Source: Demequinaceae bacterium
GTDB lineage: Bacteria; Actinomycetota; Actinomycetes; Actinomycetales; Demequinaceae
Direction of reading: 5' to 3'
Assembly (NCBI GenBank): GCA_965250005.1
Contig: OZ252279.1
Coordinates: 120,001 to 152,000 of the forward strand
Length of the DNA stretch: 32,000 bases
In this document: one piece after another, positions 26,811-32,000 of the stretch
Layout of the letters: every line of letters begins with the position of its first letter
Position numbering within the stretch: position 1 is the first letter of the stretch
The notes under the pieces: model-generated
Databases searched by the model: none
Told to the model about the DNA's origin: nothing
Seen by the model: the letters and a program-made list of their open reading frames with translations, nothing else
Made by a program: the position numbers and the translations under genes

Positions 26811-28555
26811 CAGGTGAGATCCAAGCACCCGCGCCAGAGCTGGCGAACCTCAGGCGTGCCCGGCTCGAGGCGGCTGAGCGTTCGCACGCCAGCGGCGAGG
26901 CGGGGTCCGTCCGAAGGCGCCACATGGCGGACATGGTCTCGCGTGCACTCCTTGCGCACTGGAAAAATGTCACGGATGGTGCGACAGACGGGGTCGCGCT
27001 GGCCGCGATTGGCAGCACCGGACGCCAGGACGCCGGGCCTTGCAGCGACCTCGACCTTGTACTCATTCACGACGGCAACACACGCAGCGAGCAAGAACTG
27101 GCGGAGCTGTCGCAGGCGCTCTGGTACCCCATCTGGGATGCGAAGCTCGAGTTGGACCACGCGACGCGCTCGGTCGCGGAATGCAAGCAGGTCGCAGGGC
27201 AAGAACTGGCCGTCGCGTCCGGGTTTCTGAGCCTGCGCGGGATCGCCGGCGACTCATCGCTCACCGAGCACGTGCGGGCGTGGGCGCTCGCGGACTGGCG
27301 GGGCTCCGCCAAGCATCGGCTGCCCGCGCTGCTGGCGGACGCGAAGGATCGCGCCAGCCGCTTTGGTGAACTGGCGCACCTGACGGAGCCCAACATCAAA
27401 GAAGCCCGCGGCGGGCTGCGTGACGCGACCAGCCTGCACGCCCTTGCGGCCACCTGGCTCACGGACCGCCCGCACGGCGCGATCGACGGCGCGATCGATC
27501 ATCTGCTGGACGTGCGCGACCTGCTGCACATGGTCGCCAAGAAAGGCGTCACCACGCTCGGGCGCCACCTAGTGGACGACGTGGCCGCGCTCGCCGGCGT
27601 CCCAACCGCGGAGCACCTACTAAGAGATCTGGCCGCGTCCGCGCGCGAGGTTGCCTACGCGACCGACACCACCGCGCTGGCCGCGACCCGCGCCTTGGCC
27701 CGCACGCGCACGGGGACGCGCGGATTCCGTGCACGCCGCGAGCGCGCCGCACCCAAGTTCGACGCGCTCGCAACCGGGCTTATCGAGGCCGACGGTCAAA
27801 TCGCGCTGGCCGCAAACGCCAAGCCAGCGTCTGACCCCGTGCTTCCACTCCGCGCCGCCGCGACCGCCGCCGCTACGGGCCTCGCGATTCCGCCGGCGGT
27901 TGTCGTGAGCCTGGGGCGCTGCCCAGAATTGCCCGTGCCGTGGCCCGCGCAAGCGCGCGAGCACCTGCTCGCACTTCTCGGAGCGTGCGACAATCTGGCG
28001 AGCGTGTGGGAGGCCATGGATCTGGGCGGTCAAGTGGTGACGTGGCTGCCGGAATGGGAGCGCGTGCGCAACCAGCCGCAGTGGAACCCCGTCCACGTCT
28101 ACACCGTTGACCGCCACAGTGTGGAGGCGACCGTACTTGCGGGACGCCTGGCCGCGCGCAGCGAGGACCGTCAGCTGCTGCTGCTTTCGGCACTGTTCCA
28201 TGACATAGGCAAGGGCTCGGGTATGGACCACTCCGTCGCGGGCGCCGCGCTTATCCCGGAGCTCGCCCAACGCATCGGCCTCGAAGACGGGCTCGCAATG
28301 GACGTCGAGACGTTGGTGCGGCACCACCTGTTGCTGCCGGACCTCGCGACCAAAGAGGACGTCGCGGACCCGGCGACCGTAGCAACGCTGCTGGGTGCGC
28401 TCGGCGGGCGGCGCGATCTGCTGGAGTCGCTTCGAGTGCTTGTCGAGGCCGACGCCCGCGCCGCTGGACCTAAGGCGTGGACGCCGTGGCGCGAGAACCT
28501 CATAGACAGTCTGATGTCTGCGGCGCGCGCGACGCTGAACGCCCAGGACGCGTAG
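26780..28555 (+). CDS. glnD: [Protein-PII] uridylyl/adenylyl-transferase GlnD, short form without recognisable ACT domains
   Basis: It has the NTase motif 'AIGSTGRQDAGPCSDLDLVLIHD' and the HD domain 'VYTVDRHS...LFHDIGKG...LVRHHLL'. It sits in the glnB-downstream position. The GTG start at 26780 is the first start codon in the open frame, but it has no SD and lies within the tandem repeat. Confidence 0.9.
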   Translation: MSPTDVGPTGSGEIQAPAPELANLRRARLEAAERSHASGEAGSVRRRHMADMVSRALLAHWKNVTDGATDGVALAAIGSTGRQDAGPCSDLDLVLIHDGNTRSEQELAELSQALWYPIWDAKLELDHATRSVAECKQVAGQELAVASGFLSLRGIAGDSSLTEHVRAWALADWRGSAKHRLPALLADAKDRASRFGELAHLTEPNIKEARGGLRDATSLHALAATWLTDRPHGAIDGAIDHLLDVRDLLHMVAKKGVTTLGRHLVDDVAALAGVPTAEHLLRDLAASAREVAYATDTTALAATRALARTRTGTRGFRARRERAAPKFDALATGLIEADGQIALAANAKPASDPVLPLRAAATAAATGLAIPPAVVVSLGRCPELPVPWPAQAREHLLALLGACDNLASVWEAMDLGGQVVTWLPEWERVRNQPQWNPVHVYTVDRHSVEATVLAGRLAARSEDRQLLLLSALFHDIGKGSGMDHSVAGAALIPELAQRIGLEDGLAMDVETLVRHHLLLPDLATKEDVADPATVATLLGALGGRRDLLESLRVLVEADARAAGPKAWTPWRENLIDSLMSAARATLNAQDA

Positions 28556-28612
28556 TCACCCCAGGTAGGCTTGACCGCAGAATTCAGCCACCGCCCGCGA
28601 AAGGAAACGTCC

Positions 28613-30211
28613 GTGTTCGCCACGCTTTCTGACCGCCTCACCGCGACGTTCAAGAACCTCCGCGGCAAGGGAAAACTGTCCGAAGCGGACATCGACGGCA
28701 CCATCCGCGAGATCCGCCGCGCACTGCTCGACGCCGACGTTGCCGTCGCCGTGGTCAAGACCTTCACCGCGGCCATCCGCGAGCGCGCGCTTGGCGCGGA
28801 GGTCTCCGGGTCCCTCAACCCCGGCCAGCAGGTAGTCAAGATCATCAACGAGGAACTCATCGCGATCCTCGGTGGCAGCGCCCGCGGCATCCAGCGCGCC
28901 AAGACCGGCCCCACGATCATCATGCTCGCGGGATTGCAGGGCGCGGGAAAAACAACGCTCGCCGCGAAGCTCGCCATGCACCTCAAGGAGCGGGGCGACA
29001 CTCCCCTCCTAGTCGCAGCCGACCTGCAGCGCCCCAACGCCGTTAATCAGCTCCAGGTGGTGGGCGAGCAAGCCGGAGTGCCCGTGTTCGCTCCTGAGAA
29101 GGGCGTGACTAGCGAGGACAAGAAGCCCTCAGGCGACCCGGTCAAGGTCACCAAGAAGGCGCTCAAGGAAGCCGCGTCTAAGCAACACAACGTCGTGATC
29201 GTGGACACAGCCGGACGCTTGGGCGTAGACGACGAGCTCATGAAGCAGGCCACAGATATCCGCAACGCGATCAAGCCGGATGAAGTGCTGTTCGTGATCG
29301 ACGCGATGATCGGCCAGGACGCTGTCACCACCGCGCAGGCGTTCCAGGAGGGCGTCGGCTTCACCGGCGTCGTCCTCACCAAGCTCGATGGCGACGCGCG
29401 CGGCGGTGCTGCGCTGTCCGTCGCGCAGGTCACGGGCAAGCCCATCATGTTTGCGTCCACAGGCGAAAAACTGAGCGAGTTCGAGGTCTTTCACCCCGAC
29501 CGCATGGCCTCGCGCATCCTCGACATGGGTGACGTGCTCACCCTGATCGAGCAGGCGGAGAAGGCGTTCGACGAGGGCGAGGCGGAACGCTTCGCGGCCA
29601 AGATGGCCAAGGGCGAGGACTTCACCCTGCACGATTTCCTTGGCCAGATGCAGCAACTCAAGAACATGGGCTCGATGCAGAAAATGCTCACCATGCTGCC
29701 CGGCATGGGCGACGCTCGCGAGGCAATCGAGAACTTCGACGAGAGCGAGCTCACGCGCACCGAGGCGATCATCCAGTCGATGACCGCCGCCGAGCGCGAC
29801 AGCGTCAAGCTGCTCAACGGCTCCCGCCGCTCGCGCATCGCCGCCGGTGCGGGAACCACCGTGACCGCGGTGAACACCCTGGTCAAGCGGTTCACGGACG
29901 CGCAGAAAATGATGAAGTCCGTGGCCGCGGGAGGGCAGCCGCAAATGCCCGGAATGGCCGGGCCTGGTGGGATGCCGCCGGGCTACGGAGCCGGCAAGAA
30001 GTCCAAGGGGCGGCAGGCACCCAAGGGCAAATCGAAGAAGGGCAAGAGTGGCAACCCCGCCAAGCGCGCGCAGCAGGAGGCCGCCGCGGCCCAGCGTGCG
30101 GCTGGAGTGGCCGCGCCGGGCAGCGCGTTCGGCATCGGCAAGGACGCGCCTCCGGTGGATGAGGTCCCCGAGATGCCCGAGGGATTCAGCAAGTTTCTGG
30201 GACGGAAGTAG
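28613..30211 (+). CDS. ffh: Signal recognition particle protein Ffh
   Basis: I prefer the GTG at 28613 ('VFATLSDRL', canonical Ffh N-terminus, SD 'AAGGAA' 6 nt upstream) over the track's 28571. It has 'GLQGAGKTTLAAKLA', 'DTAGRL' and 'TKLDGDARGG', a Met-rich M domain and a basic C-terminal tail. Confidence 0.95.
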   Translation: MFATLSDRLTATFKNLRGKGKLSEADIDGTIREIRRALLDADVAVAVVKTFTAAIRERALGAEVSGSLNPGQQVVKIINEELIAILGGSARGIQRAKTGPTIIMLAGLQGAGKTTLAAKLAMHLKERGDTPLLVAADLQRPNAVNQLQVVGEQAGVPVFAPEKGVTSEDKKPSGDPVKVTKKALKEAASKQHNVVIVDTAGRLGVDDELMKQATDIRNAIKPDEVLFVIDAMIGQDAVTTAQAFQEGVGFTGVVLTKLDGDARGGAALSVAQVTGKPIMFASTGEKLSEFEVFHPDRMASRILDMGDVLTLIEQAEKAFDEGEAERFAAKMAKGEDFTLHDFLGQMQQLKNMGSMQKMLTMLPGMGDAREAIENFDESELTRTEAIIQSMTAAERDSVKLLNGSRRSRIAAGAGTTVTAVNTLVKRFTDAQKMMKSVAAGGQPQMPGMAGPGGMPPGYGAGKKSKGRQAPKGKSKKGKSGNPAKRAQQEAAAAQRAAGVAAPGSAFGIGKDAPPVDEVPEMPEGFSKFLGRK

Positions 30212-30216
30212 GTCAC

Positions 30217-31311
30217 GTGGACGCGCCACTGAGGCTTGCCGGAACCGTTGTGGTCAACGGTGAGCGCGAGCTGAGCGAGGCGTGGGTGCTGGGTGGCCGC
30301 ATCACTTTCGAGCAGCCCGTCCACTCCGGTCCCGTGGATACGGTCGAAGGGTTTGTCCTGCCCGGCCTGGTGGACGTCCACTGCCACGTTGGCGTGACCA
30401 CGGCTGGCGCTACTGAGCCGGACCTCGCCGAGAAGCAGGCGGCGGCGGACCGTGACGCTGGCGTACTTCTCATCCGCGACGCGGGCTCGGCCCTGGACAC
30501 CTCGTGGATCAACGAGCGCGATGACCTGCCCCGCATTATTCGCTCTGGCCGGTTCATCGCCAGGCCCATGCGCTACATGCGCAACCTTCCGCGGGAGGTT
30601 AAGGACGTCGCAGACCTGCCCGCCGTGGCCGCCGACGAGGCGCGTCGCTCGGACGGCTGGGTCAAGCTGATCGCGGACTGGATCGACCGCGACCTTGGCG
30701 ACGCGGGTGACTTGCGCCCGCTCTGGCCAGACGACGTACTCGCGGAGGCGATAGCCGCCGCACAAGCCGAGGGGGCGCGCATAACCGCGCACACGTTCGC
30801 CACCGAAGCAGTTGACCCGCTCATCGAGGGCGGCATCGACTGCATCGAGCACGGCACCGGCATGACACCCGAGCAGATCCAACGCGCCGCCTCCATGAGC
30901 ATCCCCGTGGTCCCCACGCTGCTCCAGATCGCGCAGTTCGAATCCATTGCAGCTCAGGGCGAAGCCAAGTACCCGGTGTTCGCCGCGCGTATGCGCGGGA
31001 TGCACGCGCGTAGGCACCAGCAGGTGCGCGACTTCCGCGACGCGGGAATCCAGATGTACGTCGGCACGGATGCTGGAGGGAGCATCGGCCACGGGTCGCT
31101 ACCTGAGGAGGCGGCCGAAATGGTCGCTGCGGGTCTGCCTGCGCCGGAGGTAGTCGCGGCGGCGTCGTGGGAGGCGCGCGAGTGGCTCGGAGTGCCCGGA
31201 ATTGAGGAGGGCGCACCCGCGGACGTGGTGGTTTACGCGGGCGACCCGCGCGAGGACATCGCCGTGCTCGCCCGCCCGCTCGCCGTCCTGCTACGCGGCT
31301 CGCGCCACTAG
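30217..31311 (+). CDS. Amidohydrolase-family metallo-hydrolase (conserved ffh-downstream gene)
   Basis: It has the metal-binding 'PGLVDVHCHVG' (HxH), a later 'ITAHT' and 'IEHG', and a terminal 'VGTDAGG' Asp. It occupies the same position as Rv2915c next to ffh in M. tuberculosis, from memory. Confidence 0.85.
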   Translation: MDAPLRLAGTVVVNGERELSEAWVLGGRITFEQPVHSGPVDTVEGFVLPGLVDVHCHVGVTTAGATEPDLAEKQAAADRDAGVLLIRDAGSALDTSWINERDDLPRIIRSGRFIARPMRYMRNLPREVKDVADLPAVAADEARRSDGWVKLIADWIDRDLGDAGDLRPLWPDDVLAEAIAAAQAEGARITAHTFATEAVDPLIEGGIDCIEHGTGMTPEQIQRAASMSIPVVPTLLQIAQFESIAAQGEAKYPVFAARMRGMHARRHQQVRDFRDAGIQMYVGTDAGGSIGHGSLPEEAAEMVAAGLPAPEVVAAASWEAREWLGVPGIEEGAPADVVVYAGDPREDIAVLARPLAVLLRGSRH

Positions 31312-31382
31312 CGCGGGGCCCGCGTGTCAATGCGTTTCGCCAAACGCTAGACGTGGGCGGCGAAATCGCGCAGAGTGGACCC

Positions 31383-32000
31383 ATGCCAACCGACACCACC
31401 GTCGCACCTGCACGCCAGAAGCAAGCGAAGAAGCGCTCATGGTGGCGCGACTCCGTCGAAGCGGCAGCCTGGTTCACGGGCGCCATCACCGTCGCGTTCT
31501 TTTTCCACAGCGGGGGAGCGCAGCTCACGTCTACGACCGACGCGATCAGCTCGCTCGGTCGCCTGCTGGGGCTGACAGCCGCGAGCATGGTCATGGTTCA
31601 GCTGATCCTGATCTCGCGCTCTCCGTGGGTGGAAAAGGCGTTCGGCCACGACCGCATGGCCAAACTGCATACGCGCATGGGCAAGCTCGCGTTCGTATTC
31701 ATGGTGGCGCACCTGACGATCATCATCCTTGCGCACTCGATCTACGAGAGCACCAGCTACATCGGGCATTTCGTTGAGATCTTCACGGAATCCTGGTTCA
31801 TGCGGTGGGCGATCCTGGGCGTGGGAATCTTTTTTGTCACCGTGGGCATCTCGCTGTCGCGTATCCGCCCGCGCTGGAAGTACCAGAACTGGCATGCCGT
31901 GCACCTCTTCATGTACGTGGCGATCGCGCTGGTCATCCCACACCAATTCCTCGAAGGGTCCACGTTCCGCGGCTTCGGAGTCGCGTGGTTCTGGTGGCTC
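31383..32000 (+). CDS. Ferric-reductase-like transmembrane-domain protein (3'-partial, runs off the window)
   Basis: This frame is not in the supplied track because it has no stop before the window end. My translation from the ATG at 31383 gives 'MPTDTTVAPARQKQAKKRSWWRDSVEAAAWFTGAITVAFFFH...'. That is 206 codons with no stop. It has several TM helices with paired His residues ('HTRMGKLAFVFMVAH', 'HAVHLFMYVAIALVIPH'), typical of heme-binding FRE domains. Confidence 0.7.
   Translation, partial: MPTDTTVAPARQKQAKKRSWWRDSVEAAAWFTGAITVAFFFHSGGAQLTSTTDAISSLGRLLGLTAASMVMVQLILISRSPWVEKAFGHDRMAKLHTRMGKLAFVFMVAHLTIIILAHSIYESTSYIGHFVEIFTESWFMRWAILGVGIFFVTVGISLSRIRPRWKYQNWHAVHLFMYVAIALVIPHQFLEGSTFRGFGVAWFWWL

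Noticed and set aside
29129-31092. Two long minus-strand ORFs (29129..30229, 366 aa; 29983..31092, 369 aa) opposite ffh and the amidohydrolase.
   Set aside because: Their shadow-frame composition is rich in Arg, Gly, Ala and His. The plus-strand genes carry unambiguous family motifs.

Overview
This is a high-GC chromosomal segment whose gene order matches Actinobacteria. The comparison to Mycobacterium gene order is from memory, not from a search. The conserved backbone has three parts: ileS with a T-box leader; folC, a DUF4233 gene and ndk; and smc, ftsY, glnB, glnD, ffh, an amidohydrolase and a partial ferric-reductase-like membrane protein. Three lineage-specific blocks interrupt it, and all of their products are predicted to be secreted, lipid-anchored or membrane proteins. 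(1) Between ileS and folC (6.4-11.6 kb) lie three paralogous PknH-like 'sensor-domain' lipoproteins, one carrying an in-frame TAG. The same block holds a DUF2510/TM/pilin-like protein, a polytopic membrane protein and a membrane-anchored protein with two PPC-like repeats. (2) Between the DUF4233 gene and ndk (13.5-16.3 kb) lie a 4-TM protein and a translationally coupled pair: a lipoprotein and a Cys-rich secreted protein with three LysM domains. The latter has DNA-level tandem repeats in its Pro/Thr/Ser linkers. (3) Between smc and ftsY lie a zinc-ribbon/TM protein with three PPC-like repeats, which is a paralog of the block-1 protein, and a small membrane protein. In addition, an intact 1304-bp IS3-family element sits where amt is expected (ftsY-amt-glnB-glnD). 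It has no target-site duplication and directly abuts a 5'-truncated, diverged second copy of the glnD HD domain. A 16-bp tandem repeat of about six copies fills the whole glnB-glnD spacer. I found no rRNA, tRNA, CRISPR array, prophage or recognisable defence or toxin-antitoxin system. The best candidates for something undescribed are the envelope island between ileS and folC and the repeated Cys-pair PPC-like module family. All family assignments are by eye from motifs and need HMM or BLAST confirmation.
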